Shown in pieces: positions 36,383-50,038 of a stretch of 64,000 nt of DNA. The notes beneath the pieces were generated by a model. That model was not told the origin of the DNA, made no database searches, and worked only from the letters and a program-made list of their open reading frames with translations. Source of the DNA: Octopus sinensis (taxonomy: Eukaryota); assembly GCF_006345805.1 (NCBI RefSeq), contig NC_042999.1:8494001-8558000 (forward strand), written 5' to 3'. Numbering within the stretch: position 1 is the first letter of the stretch; every line of letters starts with the position of its first letter. Position numbers and translations under genes: made by a program.

Positions 36383-37135
36383 ATTATTATTATTATTATT
36401 ATTATTATTGTTTAGTATTTTCTTCTTTTAAATATTATATGTTCTATGCGATAAGTATCATAACTCTAGATGTATTCTTCTTTTCCTCTCTCCCTCAAAT
36501 GGCCACTTCCACAGGCATCCAGGTTTTGAATTAATTATGGTGCATGTGAGATCCTTCTAGAACTTCCTTTACTAAATCATATGATCTAAGAGTCAACAAC
36601 AGCAGCAAGAAAATGGTGCATCTGCAAAATAATAAGGAGGAATATGAACAGTTCATTCAATTCGATGCCAATACTGTGATTGATAAAGGCAAAACCACAA
36701 GCATGAAGTCGCTCTTTCTGGAAAAGTGCACCGTAAATGCAACAGCTGGGCTGACATGCACTGATGATGGTGGATGCAGAAACAATGGTGTTTTAGATGC
36801 CGTCAACATTATAGCATAATCTTAGGAGCATATGTTAATTGCTGAGTGTTGCCAGTTTTTTGACATGAAACAAATCTCCCGAGGAAAGTGTGTGGGGAGG
36901 CACAATTCTGAGTCTTATTAACATCCATGAAAGGAAATGTAATTTAATGTTGATCCCCAAACGAAGCTGAGCAAATTAGTCTTTATATCAGGTTCATCTT
37001 CTGTTGAGAGAAATTTAAGATGGCCAGCAGACTGTTAATGTATAATGAAGGATGCAAGACATAACATTAGAATTTGTTAATTTGACTTCTTTAGGTCTGT
37101 CAGAAAGATGGCTTTTGACTGGTAATATGGTTGGA

Positions 37136-37552
37136 AAAGGCGGCGAGCTGGCAGAAACGTTAGCACGCCAGGCGAAATGCTTGGCGGTATTTCCTCTGCC
37201 GCTACATTCTGAGTTCAAATTCCACCGAGGTCAACTTTGCCTTTCATCCTTCCGAAGTCAATTAAATAAGTACCAGTTACGCACTGGCGTCGATATAATC
37301 AACTTAATCAGTTTATCTGTCCTTGTTTGTCCCCTCTGTGTGTAGCCCCTTGTGGGTAGTAAAGAAATAGGTATTTCGTCTGTCTTTATGTCCTGAGTTC
37401 AAATTCCGCTGAGGCCAACTTTGCCTCTCATCCTTTCAGGGTCGATTAAATAAGTAGCAGTTACGCACTGGGGTCGATGTAATCGACTTAATCCGTTTGT
37501 CTGTCTTTGTTTGTCTCCTCTATGTTTAGCCCCTTGTGAGCAATAAAGAAAC
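37136..37552 (+). mobile_element. SINE family B dimer
   Basis: ggcggcgagctggcagaaacgttagc..., with the second unit starting at ggtatttcgtctgtc. Confidence 0.9.
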
Positions 37553-38064
37553 AAATATGTTTGAAAAATAAAACAAAACTAAAAATGAAAACAAAAGAAG
37601 TTAGTTGAACACAGGTTGCCCTGGTGTAAAGGGAGATAATCACCTTTTGAAGAATTTTGAATTTTCAAATGTTAGAATAACAAAGAGGATGCCCGGAATA
37701 TACATATTTAATATTTCTTTTTTGTTTTTCTACTCATTACAAAGATCTTAACTACTTCATTAGACATTGGTAACAATGTATAACACCATTTCATCCTTAT
37801 TTAAAATCATCAGCATAACATGACCCCAGGCAAACATATTACACTAAATTTCATGCCATAGGATTCTATGGAAAACAGAAAAACCATCCCTAAATCAACC
37901 TAGACATGGAAAATATATTTTCCACAAACTCTCTGCATTTGGTGTGAAATTCTATAATTTTAGGAAAACAGACAATTTCAAGAAGTATTGTCTATCTTGT
38001 TCTGCTAATTATGCTAATAGTGAAACTACAATTCATGGAGAAGAGTTGGAAGTCCTTTTATGAA

Positions 38065-38415
38065 TCATCATCATCATTTAGCGTCTGTTTTCCATGCTAG
38101 CCTGGGTTGGACAGTTTGTCCAGGGTCTGGGAAGCCAGGAGGCTGCCCAGACTCTAGTCTGATCTGGCAGTGTTTCTACAGCTGGATGCCCTTCCTAACA
38201 CCAACCACTCCGTGAGTGTAGTGGGTGTTGTTTACATGCCACCAGCACAGGGGCCAGAGCAGGCTGGCAAACGGCCATGATCAGTTGGTGCTTTTACGTG
38301 TCACCAACACGGACGCCGGTCAGGCGGCACTGGCATCTGCCATGTTCGGATGGTGCTTTTTGCATGTCACCAGCACGGGTGTCTTAACTACAATTTCCAT
38401 TTGATTTTTATTTTG
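38065..38415 (-). mobile_element. Family C element
   Basis: Reverse-complement motifs. Confidence 0.85.
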
Positions 38416-38727
38416 ATGTTGACATACATGACTCAGTGATAAATAATAATGCCAACTTCAAAAATGATCCTCCGATATCCTGCCTAGTAAACCGGCAAAT
38501 CAGTCTCTGGTGCTGAATGGTTAATGTTGCTGCCAGTGTCCATTGTCAAGATTTTTCAATTTCTGAATCATTTTAGTCATTATTCGTATGAACCATTCCT
38601 TGCTTTCACTAGAACAATATTACAAGTTGTTGAAGAAGTTGGAACAAGAAGTTATTTTAATAATGTTTCTAAAGAACATATATTTGATGGAAATAAAAAT
38701 TTATATAAATCTTGTCTGTTGGGTTGC

Positions 38728-39290
38728 ATCATCATCATCATTGACGTTTAACATCCACTTTCCATGCTGGCATGGGTTGGACGGTTTGACTGAAGACTGA
38801 TGAGCCAGAAGGCTGCACCAGGCTCCAATCTGATTTGACAAGGTTTGTACAGCTGGATGCCCTTCCTAACATCAACCACTCTGAGAGTGTAGTGGGTGCT
38901 TTTACGTGCCATTGGCACAAGGGCCAGTCAGGTGGTACTGGCAACTACCATACTCAAAAGGTGTTTTTTACATGCTACCTGCATGGGAGCCAGTCTGGAG
39001 GCACTGGTTATGACGACGCTCAAAGGTTGTTTCTCACATGCCACCGGCACATGTGCTAGTAAGGCGATGCTGGCAACGATCATGCTCGAATGATGCTTTT
39101 TATGTGCCACCAGCATGGGAGCCAATCAGCAGCCTGGCAATGATCATGATCGCATGATGCTTTTTACATTCCACTAACATGGGAGCCAATCAGTGGCCCT
39201 GGCAACGACCATGCTTGGATGGTGCTTTTTACGTGCCACCAACATGGGAGCCAATCAGCGGGCCTGGTGCTTTGAATGTTCCACTGGCAT
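38728..39290 (-). mobile_element. Family C element with several internal subrepeats
   Basis: Reverse-complement motifs and repeated atgggagccaatcag units. Confidence 0.85.
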
Positions 39291-39429
39291 GAGTACAATT
39301 TGTTCAAATTTTGTTCTTATTTTTGTTGTCAGATTTCTGACTATTTAACTGCTGTAAAGAATTACTTTATTATTTTAAAAGTAATACAAGGTTTAACCAA
39401 CTGTGTATGTCTATTTTGTCAGTGGTCTT

Positions 39430-40400
39430 CCATTTAAAAATGGAAGTGGCTATTAACAAATTTTTGTGTTTAGAGTCTGTGGTGTTAATGACACCCTGTT
39501 TGAGTTAAAACATTAAACTTGCTTCTCTAGTGGTTTTGGTTGCGAAAAGAAACAGCATTGTGTGCAACTCGGATGGTTAGGTCACATTAACAATCAGATA
39601 CATGCACATAGTTATGCCATGTCTTATATGGAAACCATATTTTCAGGCAGGACAGGTGCTTTTGGCTTCTCAAAAATTGACTTTCAAAGCAGATATTGGC
39701 AAATACTGTTACATTCTTAAATGAAGTGACATAAACATAACCAATGGACTTTACAAAGTGAATTGTCTATGAATGAGACTGGAAAATTCTAGCGCAATAT
39801 TCGAAATGTATGGAGACAATTCTATCAAACATACCTGGTCTCTTGGAATATCAAGTTGATATTATTTCATGCTCCATTATTAACTAAACTCAATAGAAGA
39901 GAAAATATGGTTTCGTGGCAAATATATCTGAGACCAAGCACAAGTGAATTCACAGAGTGGATTAAATAGAATTGCTGACAGTCAGCTTATCTAAGGATGG
40001 CATGAAACTTTTGAAATTGCTGCCAAATAATATTTGGTCTCTTGTGATTCCAAAATGTGCTAAAGGTTTTAGAATATTTCCTTGACTTAGTTGGATACAG
40101 CAGAAGATTTATATCAATTTACAAAGATAAAGGTGAGCCATTAATTTTAGCCAGAAAGATGAATATCTTTTGGAACCACAAGTAAGAAACCACTTCCATT
40201 CGATTGAAGAATGAGTTAACAAAATCACCAGGGTTGAAAACTTTCCCTCAGATGATGACAGTGTTATTAAAGTCGATGCATCAAAATATGTTGTTCTTCA
40301 TCCCTCACAAAAGGATCATTCTACTTGTCTATCAGTCAGACAACATGTCTGATCTAATATGGAAGGAAAGCAATCGCCACCTTCAAATGCACTGAACGTT
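39430..40400 (+). pseudogene. Degraded Ty3/Gypsy pol relic (RT and RNase H)
   Basis: Piecewise translation gives METIFSGRTGAFGFSKIDFQSRYWQILLHS, GLYKVNCL.MRLENSSAIF, CMETILSNIPGLLEYQVDII (eroded YxDD) and IKVDASKY, in the correct order, with many stops and frameshifts. Confidence 0.75.
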
Positions 40401-40617
40401 TTAAACAGGTTTTTAAGATTTACATACTGAGTTCAAATACTGCTCAAGTCAGCTTTGCATTCCATCATTTCAGGGTCAATAGAACAAGTACCAGTTTCAA
40501 TCTGGGGGCCAATGTAATTGAGAAGTCCTCCCACACCACTAACCAAGAAAAAATTCCAGGCATTGTGCACACAGTAGAAAGAACTATTATCATTAAGATA
40601 ACTGGCAGAAACGTGAA

Positions 40618-41012
40618 CTGGCAGAAACGTTAGCACGCTGGGTGAAATGCTTAGTGGTATTTCGTCTGTCGTTACGTTCTGAGTTCAAATTCCGCCGAAG
40701 TCAACTTTGCCTTTCATCCTTTCGGGGTCGATTAAATAAGTACCAGTTACACACTGGGGTCGATATAATCGACTTAATCCGTTTGTCTGTCCTTGTTTGT
40801 CCCTTCTGTGTTTAGCCCCTTGTGGGTAGTAAAGAAATAGGCATTTCGTGTGTAGTAAAGAAATAGGCATTTCGTGTGTCGTTAAGTTCTGAGTTCAAAT
40901 TCCGCTACGGTCAACATTGCCTTTCATCCTTTCAGGGTCGCCAAATTAAGTACCAGTTGTGTACTGGGGTCGATGTAATCAGCTCATTCCCTCCTCCAAA
41001 ATTGCTGCCATT
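40618..41012 (+). mobile_element. SINE family B heterodimer
   Basis: A full unit, a short junction duplication, then a headless unit with the alternative tail. Confidence 0.8.
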
Positions 41013-42145
41013 GTGTTATTCCATATATTACAATGCGTTGTGTGACATCTCTCTGAACTTTGTATATTCATTGTTCCTCACTCTTGCAAATGGTCACTTC
41101 TGCCAGAATCTAAATCTTCAAATTAGGGTTGGTGTTTAGCAATCACTCCTGGAAGTTCCTAACCTAAATCATATAAACTAAAAGTTACCAATAAATGAAC
41201 AACTGTCAGTGTGTGTGTGTGTGTGTGCGTGCGTGCGTGGATGTGCATGTGTGTGTGTCTGTGTGAATGTGTGTGCAGAAAAAATAAGATAAATGTGCCC
41301 CAGTATGGCCACATACTCTGGTTGAAAGTGATAAAAGAATATATATACATATGTGTGTATGTGTATACAAAGATCTATATCTATGTATGTATACACATGC
41401 ACACACACACACACATGCTGCGTGATGGCCTCTCTAGAGCTGGTGTCTCCATATGTGTCCTTGTGTGGAGTAAACTGTGTGTGTATATATGGTCATGTGT
41501 TTCAGTCTCCATTTGCGTATGTGTGCTTGTCTGTTCTTATAACCTGTGTACCTATCCGTCTGTGTGTTGATCTGTTTATTTTCATATCCATATGCTTACG
41601 TACAAGGAAAAAAAGATAAAATGTGCATACACACACACTCACACCCACACACACACATACATACATCTATCTACATAACAGTCTACTAACTATTCTACTC
41701 TACCTGTGCAAACTCTACCTGTGTAAACAAGGAGACAGAGGTGCATACATATACAGACATACGCTCACACACACACATACACAAACACGGACATGCAAGC
41801 ACATGAATATACAGGAGACATACATACAGATGCACACACATACATACATCACACATACATATGTACATGCATGCATAGGTACACACACACACACTGACCC
41901 ACACACATGCGCACAAACAAACAAAAGGGAACGCAGTGTAAATAACGGACAGAGTCAAGACCATTGAAAAGGTTGCAAGACACAACGAAAATTTTAGGGA
42001 AATAAAAATAAGAAATAAGTGGAAATTTTACCAGTGAGTGTTAAATTATAAGGCACAAAAAGAAAATGACTCTCCCCAGACACAACAGAATATGCTTCAA
42101 CACACGATCTCATATAAAGAACCTTGCAAACCAAATCCCAAAACG

Positions 42146-42182
<37 letters not shown>

Positions 42183-42184
<2 letters not shown>

Positions 42185-42589
42185 TCTTCTACTCTTCTAC
42201 TTGTTTCAGTCATTTGACTGTGGCCATGCTGGAGCACCGCCATTAGTCGAGCAGGCCAACCCCAGGACTTATTCTTTGTAAGCTTAGTACTTATTCTATC
42301 GGTCTCTTTTGCCCACTAAGTTACGGGGACATAAACACACCAGCATCAGTTGTCAAGCGATGTTGGGGGACAAACACAGACACACAAACATACACACACA
42401 CACACACACATATATATACATATATACAATGGGCTTGTTTCAGTTTCCGTCTACCAAATCCACTCACAAGGCTTTGGTCGGCCCGAGGCTATAGCAGAAG
42501 ACACTTGCTCAAGGTGCCACGCAGTGGGACTGAACCCAGAACCATGTGGTTGGTAAGCAAGCTACCTACTACACAGCCACTCCTACGCC
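42183..42589 (-). mobile_element. SINE family A, full length
   Basis: Same architecture as 5424-5850. Confidence 0.9.
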
Positions 42590-43184
42590 TATATATATAT
42601 ATTATATATGTGTATGTATGTATCTATATACACACACACTCATATCATCATCATCCTGTCTATTTATATAAATATACACAAAGCCATATGCATATACACA
42701 CAGGTACCAAGTCTGATATAAACTGTAGGTCCAACACAGTGCTTGTCCCAGGTGTGGCATTAAAAAAAAACAAGTGTGTTTCAAAATTTGCAACAGCTTT
42801 GAACCCCCACCTGTGCTCTTTTATATATATATAAACATATACACACACATGCACACACTCGTTCATAGATATATATATATATATATACATATATATATCA
42901 TAGCTGTGTGTTCATGAAGAAAATTGTGAGTCTACCAAGCAAATGCGTAAAGTAATTCACAATTTCCTAATTTTATTAGTGTAGAAAAAAAACACATTCA
43001 TTTTTTTTTGTATTATTTAAGAAAATGTATGTTTTGTTTTTCTTTTTTTTTCTTAAAAAATAAATCTATGTCTGTGTTTCCATACAATTAAGTAATTGTC
43101 CACAGAAAACTTTATGTAGAGTAAATAATGGTGAATAATGGTCAGTAATGTTGGTGGAGGCCATCATCTTGAGGATATTGGTAA

Positions 43185-43385
43185 TGGTGATGATTATTGT
43201 GATGGAGATGGTGGTGATGGTAATGATGATGATGATGATGATGATGATAATGATGATGACAGTGATGATAAATATGAAGATGATGACGACGATGATGATG
43301 ATGATGAAGAAGATGATGATAATGCTGATGATGGTGATGACAACGATGATGATGATGATGATGATGATGATGGTGGTGGTGATAT
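43185..43385. repeat. (GAT)n microsatellite
   Basis: Visible directly. Confidence 0.95.
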
Positions 43386-43871
43386 TATTATCATTGTCTT
43401 CATCCTCATCCGCCTCCTCCTGATAGTCAAGCCTAGTCATAGCCCGGAGGCAGGAAGCATTAATTTATATACATATATATATATATATATATGTTTGACC
43501 AATAGTTCTTTGTTTTGTTTTTGTTTGTTTTGGCATTCATAAACTATCTCGGAATACATTAACTGATGTGTATTCAGTGTTAAAAGTTATTAAGAAGCGA
43601 TTCTGAGACGAGATTTAGTTGCTATTTCTAAAAGCTTGAGCAATGTCCTCGAGGCTCCATTGTAACAGAATTAATGCAAGAATAAATAGATTTGTTCTGT
43701 GCTGGTTAACAGCAAATTGATGGTAGTCGCAGCTGGTAGCTTTAATGGGTGGCAAGAAAGAAAACACCGAAATTGATCTACTGGTATGTACAAACAAACA
43801 AGCCTGGCTCTGCCTCTCTACTTGACATGCTAGGAATAGCAGCCAAGGATACTTCAGTTCACAACCTACAG

Positions 43872-44295
43872 ATTCATCATCATTGTTCGACCGTGGTCGA
43901 GACAATGGAATTTACTACGTTACTTCACGGTCCATCATAGCATTACGGAGGTCCCGTTGCTGGATGCCTGTATCCCTGGAGATTACATCAGGGTAGGAGA
44001 GTATGTGCCCTCTCGTATCGAGAGCAGATGGCTTCCAGAGGAGAAGAGTAGAAATTACCTCGTTTTCAGCTCTACAAAAATGTTCAGCAAACTGGACTCT
44101 TCTACCTTTCACAAGAGGTGATACAGGTTGTAATTTCCCATATATTTGTACTTTGGTTGGATGACGCTTCCACGAGAGATTTTGAGCTCTCATAAGGAGG
44201 CGAGTGTAAGTTCCATCCAACTACCTCTCAAGCTTCTTTGATAACGTCCAGGTTTCTGAGCTATATAGTAGAATTGGTTCGACCTACAGTCAAAG
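43872..44295 (-). mobile_element. RTE/RTEX-like LINE 3' end (second family)
   Basis: VEPILLYSSETWTLSKKLER*LDGTYTRLLMRAQNLSWKRHPTK...RRVQFAEHFCR...LLWKP...DTGIQQRDLRNAMMDREV, ending in a GATGATGA tail. Confidence 0.85.
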
Positions 44296-44574
44296 TTATC
44301 CTCCCAGGTAAATGACTCTAACACAAAAGCACAAGGTCCTTGTTCATAGAACTCAGCAAACAATTATTTGTTGATCTCTGCCAAACATAAATAATCCATG
44401 GGGTACACACAGAACAGTGAAAAGCCAAACAATGATGAGTCTATTCAGTCTTAGAACATCCTGGAAAAAATCCAAACCTGAATACCTGATTAATGTTGGT
44501 TTTTTTGTCCTCAGAGAACATCTCTTGCCTTTAAAAAATGTGTGTCCATAACACACGCAACTCACCAGTGTAAA

Positions 44575-44630
44575 AGGACAGAGACACTGCAGTGTTTCAT
44601 CCTTATTGCATGTCTCCTCAGTCAAAGCTA
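44575..44630 (-). ncRNA. Degenerate hammerhead motif, inverted partner of 44921-44975
   Basis: CTGAGGA-gacatgcaataaggat-GAAA-cactgcagtg-TC; stems I and II are eroded. Confidence 0.45.
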
Positions 44631-44920
44631 CCCAGCCAGCAGATGACTAAGAAAAACAGACACTCTTGTTTATATAATTCAGCAAATAAATTATTTACTG
44701 ATGCCTGCTGATGCCTGCCAAACAGATAATAATAATTCATGGGGTGCACACAGAACAGGAGGGAGAATCCAAGCAATGATGTGTCTATTTGTTCATAATA
44801 CACTCTGGCAAATTCAAACATGACTGTCTGATTGACATTCGAGTATCAGCAAATATTTTGTTTGCTGATTCCTGTGAATATGAGCCTGTACACTCATCAG
44901 ATTCATAGATCCAGTTGGGT

Positions 44921-44975
44921 GGCTCTCACTGAGGAGACACTCAATGAGGTCAAAACATGGCAGTGTCTGAAAGCC
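44921..44975 (+). ncRNA. Type I hammerhead motif with a G12-to-A core mutation
   Basis: GGCTCTCA-CTGAGGA-GAC(a)CTC-aat-GAG-GTC-AAAA-CAT-ggca-GTG-TC-TGAAAGCC: stem I 7 of 8 pairs, stem II 6 bp, stem III 4 bp and a GUC triplet. Confidence 0.65.
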
Positions 44976-45444
44976 CATTTACACTAATGAATCTCATATA
45001 CAGGTACTGAACCTCTTATCTGGAATCCAGATGTCTGGGATTACCAGACATTTGGCTACTTTTGAAACTGGTTAGCTTTGAATTTTGTGGAATGCAGTAG
45101 ATTGCCACGAGGTTGCTTTGTTTTGGCTTAAAGAATTTTATGTTGCTTAATAAAAATCAAGCAAACCCTGTTTTAGAAATGTATCAATTTGTATATTTTT
45201 ATACTATTTTGTTCTTTACTTTTCATCGTTTATTTTATATATTTAGCCTGTGTCCAGAAATACAGAAAGTCCAGAAATCCGGACCACCTCTGGTCCCAAG
45301 GTTGCCAGATAAGAGGTTTGGTACCTGTATTATGAACACACATCAGACAATGTGTGTTCTAATGTTGTTTAAAAGAGGGATGAAAAACAACAGCAATCAG
45401 GTATTCATGCTTGAATCTGCCAGGACATATAGAATAAAGAATAA

Positions 45445-46070
45445 ATATATTTCATTACTACCCACAAGGGGCTTAACACAGAGGGGACAAACAAGGACAG
45501 ACAAACGGATTAAGTCGATTACATCGACCCCAGTGCATAACTGGTACTTAATTTATCGACCCTGAAAGGATGAAAGGCAAAGTCGACCTCGGCAGAATTT
45601 GAACTCAGAATGTAACGGCATACAAAATACAGCTACACATTTCGCCTGGTGTGCTAACAATTCTGCCAGCTCGCCGCCTTCAATAATGAGTAAATATGTT
45701 TTTGTGTGGATTCTTGCTGGTCTGCAGGCACAGCCCCGTGGACTGTGGACCTTACGTTAAAGTCTGACTGTTAACATGAAGCAAAAAGCAACCCCAACCC
45801 CAGACCTCGTATTTCATATCTTTACTGGTCAATGAAACACTGATTTAAAATTTTAGCACAAGACCAGCATCTTCACAGGAGGGAACAAGTGAATTACATC
45901 AGCCCCATTATTCACCTGGTACTTATTTTGCTGATCCTGAAAGAATGAAAGGCAAAGACGACCTCGACAAAATTTGAACTCAGACGTGAAGAACTCAGAA
46001 CTCAGAACGTGAAGACAAATACTAAGCATCTTGTCCAGAGTGCTAATGATTCTGCCAGCTCACCACCTTG
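45445..46070 (-). mobile_element. Two SINE family B copies (about 45445-45680 and about 45835-46070)
   Basis: Both contain gaaaggatgaaaggcaaag and gaatttgaactcag (second copy diverged). Confidence 0.8.
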
Positions 46071-46339
46071 ACCGGGCCATGGAATATGTTGACCATAATT
46101 GTTTGTAACATAGGATGGGCAGAAGGTCTGGGATTTAGGAGCAGGGTGTTAGTTGAGCTAATCATCCCCAGGGCCTGGCAGGGGTTTTGTTCTATCGATC
46201 TCAGAAGTGATAATTAGCTAAGTTGGTGCCAATGGGATTTGAACTTGGAATATAAACAGCCAGAGGGAAATGCAGTAAAGTATTTTGGCCAATGTTCTAA
46301 CAGCACTGCCAATGCGCCAGATGATGGTGATGATGATGC

Positions 46340-46387
<48 letters not shown>

Positions 46388-46402
46388 CGACGACGACGAT
46401 GA

Positions 46403-46434
<32 letters not shown>

Positions 46435-46585
46435 ATGAGGATGATGATGACGATGATGAAGATGAGGATGAGGATGATGAAGATGAGGATGATGACGGCA
46501 ACAATGATGATGATGACGACGATGATGAAAAGGAGAAGGTGAATAACATTTTGGAAGAGGATAGGGAAAAAGAAATTGGAAAGGA

Positions 46586-46617
<32 letters not shown>

Positions 46618-46959
46618 GAAGAACGGTGTTGTTCAATTGACTAAGGAAGAAAACCTAGAAGGGATACTGTGAGATAGGAACTGGTCAAAGTTCATAAATT
46701 AAGCAGGAACAGGTATTATTATTGTTGTTGTTGTTAAGGCTGTACCTTCATGAGTTGAAAATGAAGCAGCGAAGAAAAGATGAGTTGGGGGGGGGGTGAA
46801 ATTGTGCACCTGAATGAAGGAAATTCTAATAAACCATTGTCAAGGAGACCCAACTGTACTGTCTTCGAATAATCTGCCAAAGTTCAGTTTGCGAAATCTA
46901 TAATCAGGAAACATTCTTATGAACCTTGCAACGGTTCCCATAAAATGGTAAAGTAATGA

Positions 46960-47131
46960 TTGCTTGTAATTCTAGTACATACACACACACACAAACAAAC
47001 GCATGCATACACATGTGCATACGTATATACACACAAACACACACATGTACATACGCACATATATACATACATACATACATACATATGTATATATATGTAT
47101 ATATAATACTAAGCCACCCATTTTTAAGTTT

Positions 47132-47165
<34 letters not shown>

Positions 47166-47643
47166 TATACACATATATACACACCACATGTATATACATA
47201 TATACATACACACACACACACACATGTATATACATACATACATACATACATATATATATGTAAATATATGTATATGTATGTATATATAATAAGACACCCA
47301 TTTTAAATTTTATATATATATATATATATATACACATATATACACATATATACACACACACACATGTATATACATATATACACAGACAAACACACATGAA
47401 CATACATATATATATGTAAATATATGTATATGTATGTATATATAATAAGACACCCATTTTAAATTTTATATATATATATGTACACATATATACATATATA
47501 TACACACACACATGTATATACATATATACATACACACACACACACATGTACATACATATATATACATACATATGTATATATGTATGTATATGTATTTATA
47601 TTAATAAACCACCCCTTTTCAATTTATATATATATGTACATAC

Positions 47644-47724
<81 letters not shown>

Positions 47725-48274
47725 GTATATATGTATATATAATACTAAGCCACCCATTTTTAAGTTTTATATATATATATATAATATATATATATGTACA
47801 CATATATACACATATATACACACACACACACATGTATATACATACATACGCAGACAAACACACATGAACATACATATATATATGTAAATATATGTATATG
47901 TATGTATATATAATAAGACACCCATTTTAAATTTTATATATATATATACACATATATACACATATATACACACACACACATGTATATACATATATACACA
48001 GACAAACACACATGAACATACATATATATATGTAAATATATGTATATGTATGTATATATAATAAGACACCCATTTTAAATTTTATATATATATATGTACA
48101 CATATATACATATATATACACACACACATGTATATACATATATACATACACACACACACACATGTACATACATATATATACATACATATGTATATATGTA
48201 TGTATATGTATTTATATTAATAAACCACCCCTTTTCAATTTTATATATATATGTACATACACATACATACATAT

Positions 48275-48333
<59 letters not shown>

Positions 48334-48445
48334 GTATATATGTATATATATATATGTATATATATATATGTATATATATATATATGCACATACATACACA
48401 CGCATGCAAACACACATACACACACACACACATGTATATACATAT
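46960..48445. repeat. TA/CA-rich tandem repeat of about 155 bp with ABBC-ABBC higher-order structure
   Basis: Spacer variants A (47105, 47741), B (47288, 47444, 47912, 48060) and C (47601, 48217). Confidence 0.85.
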
Positions 48446-49030
48446 AGTGAAAGCTAATTCCTGTGCAAAACATCCAAGTTGCTATGACAAGAGGACGATG
48501 CCAATAGCCGGCCAGTAACCGTTGTAACATAAGATTTATCTTTAATGCAGTGTGGGGAATGAGCCAAAATGGTAATGGAATTACATTGATGTAGTAAGAT
48601 ACAGTGATGCGAGGAAAAGAGTCTTTTATTCCATGTGGGATGCGAACAAATGAAACGAAATGAAGCGAGAATGATGCACAGGGATGAACCGTTTGAAAAA
48701 GATTAACAAATTTGCAATAAGAACTGAAATGAAAATACCACGGAAATAGTTTTATGTTACACGAATGTCACCACTGTTATCATCATTTCACTTTCCGTGC
48801 TGGTATGTGTTGGATGGGTCTTTACAGTTGCAATGGGTATGTATTCAGTGGCACTGGCCCCTAGACAGGTCAGGTGATTTCAACTTCCATTTGATTTTCA
48901 CTTGGTTTCTACAGCTGGCCCTTCCTAACATCATCCTTTAAGGCCCTCATGCTTTCCGAAATCCGCCGAAACTACACCTGATTATATATACACTTTAGAT
49001 GAGTTGTAGTGCACCTGAGCACTGTACACA

Positions 49031-49061
<31 letters not shown>

Positions 49062-49329
49062 TATTATTATTCTTTCAGTGAAGGTCCTTGGTGCTTTTTT
49101 TGTAGCACCAGCACTAGGGAGGTAACTATGTCCTCAACACAACCAAAGGAATCCTTTTTTAAAGAATGAGAATCTTTAGTGACGGAGGCATGAAAGTAGT
49201 GATGATGGGATGGAGGGATAGACATAGGATTGATAGAGATATTCCGCATTCTGAGATAGGCATGAATATTCAAGCCAATATGAGGTGACAGGGCAATGAC
49301 GGAGAGGTGAGTGATTCAGGAGTAAGGAC

Positions 49330-49678
49330 TGATGATGACGATGATGATGATGATGAAAAGGAGAGGGTGGATAATATTTTGGAAGAGGATAGGGAAAAAG
49401 AAATGGGAAAGGAAAGAAGAAGAAGAAAGAAAAAAGAAGAAGAAGAAGAAGAAGAAAAAAAGAAGAAGAAAAAGAGAAGAAAAAAGAAGAAAAAGAAGAA
49501 GAAAAAGAAGAAGAAGAAGAAGAAAAAGAAAAAAAGAAAAAAAAAAAGAAGAAGAAGAAGAAGAAAAAAGAAGAAGAAAGAAGAAAAAGAAAGAAAAAAG
49601 AAGAAGAAGAAGAAGAAAAAGAAGAAGAAGAAGAAGAAGAAGAAGAAGAAGAAGAAGAAAAAGAAGAAGAAGAAGAAC
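49330..49678. repeat. (GAT)n plus a long (GAA)/(A)-rich microsatellite
   Basis: Visible directly. Confidence 0.9.
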
Positions 49679-50007
49679 CATGGATCGGAAATGTACAGAG
49701 GAGGGATGGAGGATTGCAGAAAAGATGCAATGGTTGAAGAATGCCAGTTTCTGGAAAAATGTAAATCTTTTCCCTTTCCGTTTTTGTTTTTTTTAGTTGT
49801 TTCAGTTACTAGACAGTGACCCTGCTGGGGCACTGCCCTGGAAAATTTCAGAGTCATGCAAATTAACCTTAGTACTTATTTTTTTTGTTTTTTGAAGCCT
49901 GTTACTTTTTCTGTTGGTCTCTTTTGATGAACCACTAAGTTACAAGGATGAAAACATAACAACACTTGTTGTAAAGAGGTAGTGAGGAACAAATACAGGC
50001 ACAATGT

Positions 50008-50038
<31 letters not shown>

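Noticed and set aside
36613-36819. 68-aa non-repetitive ORF on +
   Set aside because: No recognisable motif or splice context; possibly a decayed TE.
36735-37810. Other CTGATGA...GAAA matches (about 36750 +, about 37805 -; also about 2250 -)
   Set aside because: No stem I or stem II pairing.
44424-44835. Pair of C/D-box snoRNAs (ATGATGA...CTGA)
   Set aside because: They are short, the second C box is degenerate, the terminal stems are weak and they lie opposite to the host gene strand. They are better explained as a diverged direct repeat.
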